DNA from: Gemmatimonadota bacterium
GTDB taxonomy: Bacteria > Gemmatimonadota > Gemmatimonadetes > Gemmatimonadales > Gemmatimonadaceae
Assembly: GCA_052389935.1 (NCBI GenBank)
Contig: JBQTHK010000032.1
Span: 48,084 to 112,083 of the forward strand
Reading direction: 5' to 3'
DNA: 64,000 bases
Part shown: in pieces, positions 46,978 to 56,014 of the stretch
How the letters are laid out: every line of letters starts with the position of its first letter
Numbering within the stretch: the first letter of the stretch is position 1
Notes under the pieces: model-generated
Seen by the model: the letters and a program-made list of their open reading frames with translations, nothing else
Told to the model about the DNA's origin: nothing
The model's database searches: none
Translations under genes and position numbers: made by a program

Positions 46978-47325
46978 ATGGAAGTACAGATATTCGGTAC
47001 CAGAAAGGACGCTGAAACGCGAAAGGCCCTCAGGTACTTCGCGGAGCGTCGCATCCGTACACACTTTGTTGATCTTGTTGAGAAGGCAGCGTCTCGGGGC
47101 GAACTAGGCCGATTTGCGCAGAAGTTTGGTGTCCAGGCACTGGTCGACCGGGAAGGAAAGGAGTTTCGCGAGCTGGGACTCGGTACTGCGTTATACAGTG
47201 AGGAGCGGTGGCTGGAGCGGCTCGTCGCGAATCCCGGACTGCTCAAGACGCCGCTCGTGCGGTGCGGCAAGTTGCTGACGATCGGCGTTGACGAGGCCAT
47301 CTGGAACAGCTGGCGGGGATCATGA
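46978..47325 (+). CDS. ArsC/Spx-fold family protein lacking the N-terminal catalytic cysteine
   Basis: MEVQIFGTRKDAETRKALRYFAERRI...LLKTPLVR matches ArsC/YffB-type topology, but the usual C-x2-C/S position reads KDAET. Confidence 0.7.
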   Translation: MEVQIFGTRKDAETRKALRYFAERRIRTHFVDLVEKAASRGELGRFAQKFGVQALVDREGKEFRELGLGTALYSEERWLERLVANPGLLKTPLVRCGKLLTIGVDEAIWNSWRGS

Positions 47326-49268
47326 CGCAGCTGTCACTGGCGGCCGTGGGTGTCCATTACGGGGCCAGCATCGTTTTGCGCGACGTCACCTTCACGGTGG
47401 CCGCTGGCGAACGTTGGGGGATCATTGGCCGGAACGGGTCTGGCAAGACCTCACTCCTGAGGCTGGTGGCCGGTGAGCAGGAGCCCTCAGCAGGGCAGGT
47501 ATCCAGGCAACCTGGGTTGAGAGTGGCCGTGCTGGACCAGCACCGCGATTTTGGAAGTGCGACTACGGTGTGGAGTGCGGTGGCCAGCGCGTGGAAGGAG
47601 CTGATCGACCTCGAGGCGTCGCTTGCCCGCCAGGCGGAGGCGATGTCTCGCGGGGAGGCGAGCGAACAGCAGTTGGCTGCGTACGCACGCGATCTCGAGC
47701 GCTTCGAACACGGAGGTGGCTACCGCTATGCATCACTTGTCGATGAGGTTTTGGCGGGACTCGGCTTCGACCCGGTGGCTGCGCGCTCGCAGCGGCTGGC
47801 GCACCTGAGCGGAGGTGAACGCGGCCGGGTGGCGCTCGCGCGCCAGCTCGTGATTCCCGCGGACCTGCTGCTGCTCGACGAGCCAACCAACCACCTCGAC
47901 CTCGCGACGGCGCGCTGGCTCGAGAGTTACCTGACGGCGACTCGCGAAACGCAGCTGGTGATTTCGCACGACCGCGCCTTCCTCGAGCGGGTCGTGGACC
48001 ATGTGCTGCACGTCGAGGATGGTACGGCCGTCCCCTACGCCGGCGGCTATTCCTCGTTTGTCAGCCAGCGTGCAGAGCGCCGCCTTGCCCGGCAGCGAGC
48101 CTGGGAGGGCCAACGGCGGATGATCGAGAAGGAGGAGGATTACATCCGCCGCAACATCGCGGGGCAGAACACACGACAGGCAAAGGGACGACGCAAGCGT
48201 CTCGAGCGGCTCCCCCGGTTGTCGCCTCCACCAGGTGAAGAAGGAACGATGGCGGTGAAGTTCGAGATCGGCGAGCGCGGAGGTGATCAGGTCGCGGTCC
48301 TGGAAGACGTGGCACTGCGGGCTGGTGGTGAGGGCGAAAGAGGAGAAGGGGGGGGTGGGAGGGGCCGAACGCTGTTCGAAGGTTTTACGGGGTGGATCCG
48401 CAAGGGTGATGTAGTTGGCCTGGTTGGCGCGAACGGATCGGGCAAGTCAACTCTTATCCGGGCGCTCGCCGGCTCGCTTCAGCCGGCTGCCGGAGTGTTA
48501 CGGACCGGCGGTGGAGTGACGCTGTCGGTGTACACGCAGGACTTCAGCGATGTGCCGCGCGACGTCACGCTGTTCGATGCAATCGCGCTGTTGCGACCGA
48601 TGTGGGACAGGGGGCAGGTGATGAAACATCTGGGGCGCTTCCGGTTTCGGGGTGACGAGGTGCTGCGGCGAACCTCTTCACTGTCGGGCGGTGAGCTGGC
48701 CAGACTTGCGATCGCGCGGATGATGCTTGGCCGATCCAACTTCCTCGTGTTCGACGAGCCGACCAACCACCTCGATGTGGAGTCAATTGAAGAGCTGGAA
48801 GATGCGCTTGAAGCATTCGAAGGGACGGTGCTGCTGGTAAGCCACGATCGTGAGTTGCTGCGGAAGCTGGTCTCCAGGATCTGGTCCATCGACGAGGGAA
48901 CCGTAACGGCCTTCGATGGGGGCTTCGAAGAATGGGAGGAGCGCCAGGCGTCCCGGACGGTCCCGGCGGCAGAACCGGAGCGGCCCGGAACCAGCTCTGT
49001 TCCACGCGACCGGCCGGCGCGGCCGGAGCGGAGCATTCGTAAACTCGAGCAGCAAGTCGCAAGGGAGGAGGAGGCGATAGCCTCGATCGAGGCGTCGATA
49101 CAGGTAATGACCGATCAACTGGCGGACAGCGCCTTGTACGAGAGTCCTGGTGCGCGGGAGACAGCGTTAACGCTCTCGACCGAACTTGCGATGGCACGGG
49201 CTCGACTGGAGGAGGTGATGCAGCGGTGGGAGGTGCTCAGTGCCGAGCTTGAAGCAGCGAAGCGCTGA
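47322..49268 (+). CDS. ABC-F family ATPase (two NBDs, C-terminal coiled coil)
   Basis: GRNGSGKTSLL and GANGSGKSTLI Walker A motifs, LSGGERGR and LSGGELAR signatures, no TM domain. The ATG overlaps the preceding stop (ATGA). Confidence 0.9.
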   Translation: MTQLSLAAVGVHYGASIVLRDVTFTVAAGERWGIIGRNGSGKTSLLRLVAGEQEPSAGQVSRQPGLRVAVLDQHRDFGSATTVWSAVASAWKELIDLEASLARQAEAMSRGEASEQQLAAYARDLERFEHGGGYRYASLVDEVLAGLGFDPVAARSQRLAHLSGGERGRVALARQLVIPADLLLLDEPTNHLDLATARWLESYLTATRETQLVISHDRAFLERVVDHVLHVEDGTAVPYAGGYSSFVSQRAERRLARQRAWEGQRRMIEKEEDYIRRNIAGQNTRQAKGRRKRLERLPRLSPPPGEEGTMAVKFEIGERGGDQVAVLEDVALRAGGEGERGEGGGGRGRTLFEGFTGWIRKGDVVGLVGANGSGKSTLIRALAGSLQPAAGVLRTGGGVTLSVYTQDFSDVPRDVTLFDAIALLRPMWDRGQVMKHLGRFRFRGDEVLRRTSSLSGGELARLAIARMMLGRSNFLVFDEPTNHLDVESIEELEDALEAFEGTVLLVSHDRELLRKLVSRIWSIDEGTVTAFDGGFEEWEERQASRTVPAAEPERPGTSSVPRDRPARPERSIRKLEQQVAREEEAIASIEASIQVMTDQLADSALYESPGARETALTLSTELAMARARLEEVMQRWEVLSAELEAAKR

Positions 49269-49364
49269 ACCCGGATGCCGCCCAATTTTCGCCGAGGCGC
49301 GGACGCGCTAAGCTTCGTCCTTTCCGGCTCCTCCTCAAACCAGGCATTCTGCACGTGAGGTCCC

Positions 49365-50384
49365 ATACAAGCTGAATTCTGGGCGTGGTTCGGGTTCGTA
49401 GTGTTCGTGTTGATCGTACTTGCGATCGACCTCGGAGTACTGAACCGACGGGCGCACGTCGTATCGATGAAAGAAGCCCTCGCCTTCACGACGGGACTGT
49501 TCGTGCTGGCGCTGGGCTTCAACGTGCTCGTGTATTTTCTCTACGAGACGCAGACGTTCGGTCTTGGAACACACGTCGACGCCATCGATGGTGTGGCGAA
49601 CGACGGCCGGCTGGCGGCGGTGAAGTTCTTTACCGGGTACGTGATCGAGGTTTCGCTGAGCGCGGACAACGTGTTCGTGATCGCGATGATCTTCCAGCAC
49701 CTGAGGGTCCCACCTCAGTTCCAGCACCGGGTTCTGTTCTGGGGAATCCTCGGCGCCCTGGTGATGCGTGGCGCGATGATATTCATCGGGGCCGCGCTGA
49801 TCGCGCGTTACCACTGGATACTCTATGTCTTTGGGGCGTTCCTCGTCATCACCGCGGTACGGATGCTGATGGCGAAGGATCTGGTTGATGCGGACGTCGA
49901 ACAGACACCGATCATTCGTCTGGTGAGAAAACTGTTTCCGGTAACTCCGCGCTACCACGACAAGAGGTTCACAATTGTCGAAAACGGCCGGAGGGTGTTG
50001 ACGCCACTTGCGATTGCGCTGGTGCTGGTGGAAACAACGGATCTGGTGTTCGCCGTCGACTCGATCCCCGCGATTTTCGCGATCACGACCGATCCGTTCA
50101 TCGTGTTCACGAGCAACGTGTTCGCGATACTTGGGCTCAGGTCTCTCTATTTCGCGTTGGCGGGGGCGATGGAGAAGTTCCACTACCTCAAGGTTTCGCT
50201 GGCAGCGATCCTGGCACTGGTAGGGGTGAAGATGCTGGTGGCCGACCTTCTCAAGGAGTACATCGGTCCGAGCTTCAACTATTATCTGCTCGTGATCGTG
50301 GCACTGATCCTCGCCAGTGGGGTGGTCGCGAGTCTGCGCTATCCGCGTCCGCCGGCGCCCCACAGCGACGGGCAGACGGGTTGA
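49365..50384 (+). CDS. TerC/Alx family integral membrane protein (start uncertain; ATA 49365 proposed, first canonical start GTG 49401)
   Basis: LAIDLGVLNRRAHVVSMKEA and SADNVFVIAMIF are TerC hallmarks. The conserved W-x-GF start of TM1 lies upstream of GTG 49401. Confidence 0.8.
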   Translation: MQAEFWAWFGFVVFVLIVLAIDLGVLNRRAHVVSMKEALAFTTGLFVLALGFNVLVYFLYETQTFGLGTHVDAIDGVANDGRLAAVKFFTGYVIEVSLSADNVFVIAMIFQHLRVPPQFQHRVLFWGILGALVMRGAMIFIGAALIARYHWILYVFGAFLVITAVRMLMAKDLVDADVEQTPIIRLVRKLFPVTPRYHDKRFTIVENGRRVLTPLAIALVLVETTDLVFAVDSIPAIFAITTDPFIVFTSNVFAILGLRSLYFALAGAMEKFHYLKVSLAAILALVGVKMLVADLLKEYIGPSFNYYLLVIVALILASGVVASLRYPRPPAPHSDGQTG

Positions 50385-50424
50385 ACGCAGCGCTCGCCGG
50401 GGATTCCCGACAGCCAAAAACGTG

Positions 50425-51588
50425 ATGCACCACTCAGCGCGCGCGGCGAAGATCGAGCCTTTCCATGCTGTGGAGATCTACCGCGAGGCGCTAGCTCTCT
50501 CGGAGCATCGGAACATAACGATTCTCTGCATCGGCGAGCCCGATTTCCCGACGCCGACGAGAGTCATCGAAGCGGCGAGCAGGGCGGCGTTGCGCGGCGA
50601 AACGCACTACACGATGCCGCTGGGCCTGCCGCGGCTCCGCCGGGCGATTTCGGACAGTTATCTGGAGCGCTACGCGACCTCTGTACCAGCGGAGAGAATC
50701 GGGGTAACGGTCGGGGCGTCGGGTGCCCTTGGCGTGATCTTCGCGGTGCTGGCAGAAGATGGCGACGAGGTCCTGATGGCCGATCCCGGCTATCCCTCAA
50801 ATCGCGCCTTTCTGCACTGCTATGGAGCCGTGCCGAAATGCATCCCCGTCGGACCAGAGCAACGGTTTCAACTTACGGCCGACCTCGTCGAAGCATCCTG
50901 GGGAGAACGGACAATCGGAGTGATGCTCGCTTCTCCTGCGAATCCGACAGGAATGTGCCTGCCTGACGACGAGTTGAGACGAATTCACGAAGTCGTCGCC
51001 GGGAGAGGCGGCGCCCTGATCGTCGATGAGATCTACCACGGACTGACATACGGGCTGGCGCCAATCACCGCCGCTTCGTTAGGTGGCGATGTGTTCGTCG
51101 TGAACTCGTTCTCCAAGTACTACTGCATGACCGGCTGGCGTCTGGGATGGCTGGTTGCGCCGGAGCGCTGGATGGAACACATCGAACGCGTGCAGGGGCA
51201 GTTGACACTATGCCCGCCGGCGCCGTCCCAATGGGCAGCACTGGCAGCGCTCGAACCTGAATCAGCGGAGATCTACGAAAGCCAGCGCGCCACCTTCAGG
51301 CAACGGCGGGACTTTCTTGTGCCGGCGCTGAACGAAAGCGGATTTCAGGTGGACTGCATGCCCGATGGCGCCTTTTACGCCTACGCGGACATATCGCGCT
51401 ACTCGAATGACAGCTGGCAGTTCTGTCGCGATCTGCTGAGAGAGAGCGGAATTGCGCTGACGCCGGGCCGGGACTTCGGCTCTCACCGCGCCAACATTCA
51501 CGTGAGGGTCAGCTACACCCGGCCCATCGAAGAACTCGCCGCAGCGATTGATTCGCTGCAAAGATTCGCTCGACGACGTACCGATTGA
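50425..51588 (+). CDS. pyridoxal-phosphate-dependent aminotransferase, class I
   Basis: GEPDFPTP, ASPANPTG, and NSFSKYYCMTGWRLGW (PLP lysine). Confidence 0.85.
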   Translation: MHHSARAAKIEPFHAVEIYREALALSEHRNITILCIGEPDFPTPTRVIEAASRAALRGETHYTMPLGLPRLRRAISDSYLERYATSVPAERIGVTVGASGALGVIFAVLAEDGDEVLMADPGYPSNRAFLHCYGAVPKCIPVGPEQRFQLTADLVEASWGERTIGVMLASPANPTGMCLPDDELRRIHEVVAGRGGALIVDEIYHGLTYGLAPITAASLGGDVFVVNSFSKYYCMTGWRLGWLVAPERWMEHIERVQGQLTLCPPAPSQWAALAALEPESAEIYESQRATFRQRRDFLVPALNESGFQVDCMPDGAFYAYADISRYSNDSWQFCRDLLRESGIALTPGRDFGSHRANIHVRVSYTRPIEELAAAIDSLQRFARRRTD

Positions 51589-51604
51589 ACCGACGCTCCA
51601 AAGT

Positions 51605-52561
51605 TCAGAACTCTCCCACGAAGGAGATTTCGGGTTGGAGGGTTACTCCATGTCGCTCCAGCACCCGCGACTGCGCGTGCGCAATGAGTCGACGCACATC
51701 GGATGCAGTCGCACCGCCGAGGTTGACCATGATGTTGGCGTGGATGTGAGAGATCTGCGCGCCACCGACACGATACCCTTTGAGTCCGCACTCATCGACG
51801 AGGCGACCGGCTCCAACGCCATCGATCTTCCTGAAGATCGAGCCTGCACTGGGATGAATCTCGAGCCACGGGTGGCGGTTGCCGCGCCAGCTCAGGTTCT
51901 CCTGGAGTACGCGATGCATCGCAGCCTGGTCGCCGGGTGAAAGCCGGAACGTGACAGCGAGAGCGACATCACGCCGGTGGTGAAAGACGCTGGTGTCATA
52001 GCCGAAGGCGAGGTAGTCGGAATCGACGGTCTTGCGCGAGCTGTCTTCAGCGAGGATGTCGCAGGACTCGACGATCTCGGCGATGAACATCGTGCGCTCA
52101 CGCGCCGGAGCGGGGGAAAGGAAGTGCAGGTTCTGCCAGACAGCGCCGCCGACGGTACTGGGGATTCCGATGTAGTGTTCGAGTCCGGAAAGCGACCGTC
52201 CAACCGCGGCGAGGATCAGGTCGCCAAAAACCGCCCCGCTTTCGGCCCTCAGGATTCCGGAGTCGTTGAAGGCAAACGACCGGGCGCGGTTCCGTATAAC
52301 GAGTCCGCGGAATCCCCTGTCTCCGATGAGTATGTTTGCACCGAGCCCGAGAACGAACCACGGGGTCTCGGTCTCCCGGGCCAGCAGGACCGCGGTGGCG
52401 AGTTCGTCCGCCGAGGCAGCATCGTAAAGAAAGTCAGCGGGCCCGCCGATGCGGAACGTGGTGCAGGGTGCGAGAATCACATCCCGATGCAGCCGGTGGA
52501 CTTCGAGGAAGTCCCCAGCAGCATTGAGCAGCCGTTCCGGGTCGTAAGCGGCCTGGGCCAT
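51605..52561 (-). CDS. murB: UDP-N-acetylmuramate dehydrogenase
   Basis: TTFRIGGPADFLY and GLGANILIGD FAD-binding motifs, plus a C-terminal MurB domain. The ATG at 52561 is preferred to the track start at 52681. Confidence 0.9.
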   Translation of the reverse strand: MAQAAYDPERLLNAAGDFLEVHRLHRDVILAPCTTFRIGGPADFLYDAASADELATAVLLARETETPWFVLGLGANILIGDRGFRGLVIRNRARSFAFNDSGILRAESGAVFGDLILAAVGRSLSGLEHYIGIPSTVGGAVWQNLHFLSPAPARERTMFIAEIVESCDILAEDSSRKTVDSDYLAFGYDTSVFHHRRDVALAVTFRLSPGDQAAMHRVLQENLSWRGNRHPWLEIHPSAGSIFRKIDGVGAGRLVDECGLKGYRVGGAQISHIHANIMVNLGGATASDVRRLIAHAQSRVLERHGVTLQPEISFVGEF

Positions 52562-52623
52562 CAAGGGTGACAAAGTAGGTGGGGGAGGGGATCGAAATAA
52601 GTGTTCGGCAGAATCAAACTCAC

Positions 52624-54051
52624 ATGCAACTGACTCAAGACGAAGCACCCGGTCCCAGGAGACGCCGCGTTCCAGCCGCAATCAGACGCGGGATAGTCGT
52701 GCTGATGGCTGCCGCTCAGGCGGCCACGGCGCAGCGCGCCGAGCTGGAGAAGTTCATTCACCAGCGCGTAATGGCCAACGGGATGGAGGTAATAGTGGTA
52801 GAGCGCCATGGCGTGCCGCTGGCGACCGTGGAGATAAACGTGCGCAACGGGTCGTTCACCCAGACCCCAGGCACCGAAGGTCTGGCGCATTTGTATGAGC
52901 ACATGTTCTTCAGGGCCAACAGCCGGCTGCCGCGGCCTGACGAGTTCATCCAGCGCGCGTCCGAGCTGGGCGCTGTTTTCAACGCCCAGACCCAGGAGGA
53001 GCGGGTCAACTATTACATGACACTGCCCAGTGACAGTGTGGCGGGCGCGATCGGGTTGATTGCCGCTGCACTGCGAGAACCGTTGTTTCTGCGGGAAGAG
53101 CTGGAGCGAGAGCGTCAGGTGGTTCTTGGTGAATACGATCGCAACGAATCGAATCCGTTCTTCAAGCTGCAGTCAGAGATGGGGAGGCTGGTGTACCCCG
53201 GCATGTGGAGCCGCAAGAACATCATCGGAGAGCGCGAGGTTCTGCAGCGTGCGATGCCGGACCAGCTCAGAGAGATTCAACGGAAGTACTACGTCCCGAA
53301 CAACTCGGTACTGATAGTTGCGGGGAGCGTGGTCCCGGGGGAAATCTTCCGCCTCGCGGAAGCGGCATTCGGGGACTGGAAGCGCGCGACCGATCCGTTC
53401 GTTGCCGATCCATTACCACCGATCCCACCGCTGGAGAGGAGCGCGGCGATCATCGTGGAGCAGCCGGTCAACGCGGTGACGGTCTACCTCGAGTGGCAGG
53501 GCCCGAGTGTGCGCAAGGACATGGCCGCGACTTACGCGGCGGACGTCTTTTCCGACGCGCTCAATCAGCCGGGATCAACGCTGCAGCGCAGGCTCGTGGA
53601 CACAGGGTTGTTCCAGTCGATCGGGGTCAACTATTACACCCTCGATCATGTGGGGCCGATCTCGATCGTCGGGCAGACGACCGCCGAGCAGTTAAGGGAG
53701 GCGCTGGCGGCGCTCGACGGGGAGATCGCCAAACTTGCGGATGCAGGATACATAACGCGTGACCAGCTGGAGGCGACCAAGGCGGAGCGGGCAGTCAGCA
53801 CCGCGTTCGGGATCGACCGCGCGTCGGAGTTCGCTCATACGCTTGGTTTCTGGTGGAGCGTGGCCGGAACCGACTACTACATGGGTTACCTCGACAACAT
53901 GGCGAAGCAGACACTGGCTGATCTGCAGGCGTACGCGCGCAAATACATCGTGGGCAAACCACGCGTTACCGGAGTGCTGATAGATCCGGAATCGAGGGCG
54001 CGACTGAAGCTGGTGGAATCCGAGCTTCTGTCGGGGAGTCCTCCCCGGTGA
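52624..54051 (+). CDS. M16 family zinc peptidase (HxxEH subunit), secreted
   Basis: GLAHLYEHMFFRANS. Signal-like N-terminus. Confidence 0.85.
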   Translation: MQLTQDEAPGPRRRRVPAAIRRGIVVLMAAAQAATAQRAELEKFIHQRVMANGMEVIVVERHGVPLATVEINVRNGSFTQTPGTEGLAHLYEHMFFRANSRLPRPDEFIQRASELGAVFNAQTQEERVNYYMTLPSDSVAGAIGLIAAALREPLFLREELERERQVVLGEYDRNESNPFFKLQSEMGRLVYPGMWSRKNIIGEREVLQRAMPDQLREIQRKYYVPNNSVLIVAGSVVPGEIFRLAEAAFGDWKRATDPFVADPLPPIPPLERSAAIIVEQPVNAVTVYLEWQGPSVRKDMAATYAADVFSDALNQPGSTLQRRLVDTGLFQSIGVNYYTLDHVGPISIVGQTTAEQLREALAALDGEIAKLADAGYITRDQLEATKAERAVSTAFGIDRASEFAHTLGFWWSVAGTDYYMGYLDNMAKQTLADLQAYARKYIVGKPRVTGVLIDPESRARLKLVESELLSGSPPR

Positions 54052-55379
54052 TGCGAAGATCGAAAGGGGTTGTGCTGATCGCCCTGGGGCTCGTCGCCGC
54101 GACCATGCCGGCGCGAAGTCAACGCCCGGCAACGCCTGCGGTTCAGGCTCCGTCGACGACCACCTACGAAGTGGGAGGGGTCAGGGTCATTCACCGCCAT
54201 TCCCCCGGCAATATCGTCGTCGCCAACCTCTATTTGCTGGGAGGAGTCAGGCAGGTTTCCTGGGAGAACGCCGGGATCGAGCTCCTGCTCCTGAACGCCT
54301 CCGAGCGTGGTACACGCTCGTACACACGCGAGCGACTGCGGAGGACGATGGCAATGCTTGGCACGTCGATCGAGATCGATGCAGGGCGCGATTGGACGAT
54401 GTTCGGCATCCGTGCGACCCGGCCCACTTTCGACTCCACGTGGGCTGTAATGGCGAGCAGGTTGATGGAGCCGGTGCTCGAAGGGAGGGAGCTGGAGCTG
54501 GTGAAGCAGCAGTTCATACTCGCCGTGCGGCAGCGCGAAGATTCCCCGGATGCGTTACTCGAATTCCTGGCCGACTCGGCGGCCTTTGCCGGCCACCCAT
54601 ACGCGATTCCACCGGCTGGGACGGCGACGTCGCTGGCCGGGATCACTCCCGAAGCGCTGCGGCGATACCATGCAGATCAGGTCGTCAGGTCGCGCATGTT
54701 GCTGGTCGTTGTCGGCAATGTGACGCGCGAACATGTGGAGCGTCTGGTGGCGCGAACGCTGGCGCGACTCCCCGCCGGGAGCTACCGATGGACATTGCCC
54801 GACACGTTGCCGCGCCGACGAGCTTCTGTCCACCCGGTGGGCCGCGAGCTGCCGACGAATTACATCACCGGCCGCTATCCCGGGCCCGCCGCCGGCACGC
54901 CTGACTATTACGCCCTCCGCATGGCGGCGGCGGTCATCGGCGGGCAACTGTTTGCTGAAATCAGATCGCGCCGCAACCTGACTTACGCTGTTGACGCTCC
55001 ATTCCTGGACCGCGCGGTGAGCAGCGGCGGCTTTTACGTGACGACCGTCTCGCCGCAAGTTGTGGTGGACCTGATGCGCCAGCAGCTGGCAGCGGTGAGA
55101 ACGGGGATCGCGGAACGCGGGGCCATGGCGCGCCTCAAGCAGCAGTTTCTCACGCAGTACTTCCTCGACAACGAGACCAACTCGGACCAGGCCGATGCCC
55201 TGGCCCAGTCCCACCTGTTCGAGGGGGATTTTACAGCGGCCGCGAACCTCGAGGAGAAGCTTCGGGCGGTCACGCCCGACGACATCCAGCGAGTTGCCAG
55301 GGTATGGATGAGGGATGTGCAGTGGGTCTACATCGGCGCACTTGATCGACTACCGAGAGCGTCGATGGAGCGATTCTGA
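54048..55379 (+). CDS. M16 family peptidase, non-catalytic-type subunit
   Basis: M16 domains without HxxEH, a signal peptide, and a 4-nt overlap with the preceding subunit. Confidence 0.8.
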   Translation: MMRRSKGVVLIALGLVAATMPARSQRPATPAVQAPSTTTYEVGGVRVIHRHSPGNIVVANLYLLGGVRQVSWENAGIELLLLNASERGTRSYTRERLRRTMAMLGTSIEIDAGRDWTMFGIRATRPTFDSTWAVMASRLMEPVLEGRELELVKQQFILAVRQREDSPDALLEFLADSAAFAGHPYAIPPAGTATSLAGITPEALRRYHADQVVRSRMLLVVVGNVTREHVERLVARTLARLPAGSYRWTLPDTLPRRRASVHPVGRELPTNYITGRYPGPAAGTPDYYALRMAAAVIGGQLFAEIRSRRNLTYAVDAPFLDRAVSSGGFYVTTVSPQVVVDLMRQQLAAVRTGIAERGAMARLKQQFLTQYFLDNETNSDQADALAQSHLFEGDFTAAANLEEKLRAVTPDDIQRVARVWMRDVQWVYIGALDRLPRASMERF

Positions 55380-56014
55380 GCGCCACGCTCGCCTGACGTC
55401 GCGCTGAGTGAGCGCTGCTCGAGAACTTCCAGGACGTCGTGGAGTGAAGCTCTGGCGGCGGTCACTGCGACCAGGGTATGGTAAATGAGATCTGCAGCCT
55501 CGTTTACAACGCCGCTGCGGTCATCGTCGGCGCACGCGACGATCAATTCACCCGCTTCTTCAGCGATTTTCTTGAGTCGCAGATTGCGGTTATCGCCAAG
55601 GTGTCGGGTATAGCTGGCGCTGTCCCGGGTTGTCGTCGAAGAGAGCCGTTCCTCGATCACCGCGGCGAGGCGCCCGATAGCTCCTGACCCCAGCGGCCCG
55701 AAGCAGGTCGCCTGCCCGGTGTGGCAGGCCGGACCGCGCTGGACAACGGTCGCCAGCAGCACGTCTCCATCGCAATCGGGAGCGAGGGACACGATCCGCT
55801 GCACGTTGCCGCTTGTCTCTCCCTTGTGCCAGAGGCCGCGCGTTCGCGAATGATAGTGCATCTCACCGGTGGTGAGTGAATGTGCTACGGCTTCGCGGTC
55901 CGCGCGCGCGACCATCAATACGGTCCCGGACAGGTGATCGCAGGTGACAACCGTGACAAAGCCGCCACCGCGGGCGAAATCGAGTCGGGAAATATCAAAT
56001 TGGTGTGTGATCAT
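55328..56014 (-). CDS. hisIE: bifunctional phosphoribosyl-AMP cyclohydrolase / phosphoribosyl-ATP pyrophosphatase
   Basis: HisI motifs (HYHSRTRGLWHKGETSGN, DCDGD, CHTG) followed by a HisE helical part (LKKIAEEAGE). Confidence 0.9.
   Translation of the reverse strand: MITHQFDISRLDFARGGGFVTVVTCDHLSGTVLMVARADREAVAHSLTTGEMHYHSRTRGLWHKGETSGNVQRIVSLAPDCDGDVLLATVVQRGPACHTGQATCFGPLGSGAIGRLAAVIEERLSSTTTRDSASYTRHLGDNRNLRLKKIAEEAGELIVACADDDRSGVVNEAADLIYHTLVAVTAARASLHDVLEVLEQRSLSATSGERGAQNRSIDALGSRSSAPM

Noticed and set aside
48998-49006. TGTTCCACG, identical to the left half of the parS site, inside the ABC-F gene
   Set aside because: It is only a half-site, and the right half (cgaccgg) does not complete the palindrome. 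Chance occurrence is likely.
49269-49364. Looked for a yybP-ykoY (Mn2+) riboswitch upstream of the TerC gene
   Set aside because: I could not find the conserved GGGGAGUAG or GAGAGACC-type blocks or the four-helix layout. A covariance-model search would be needed to exclude it formally.
49335-50417. 360-aa minus-strand ORF (His/Arg/Glu/Asp-rich)
   Set aside because: Antisense to the TerC membrane protein CDS. Composition is typical of the reverse frame of a hydrophobic gene.
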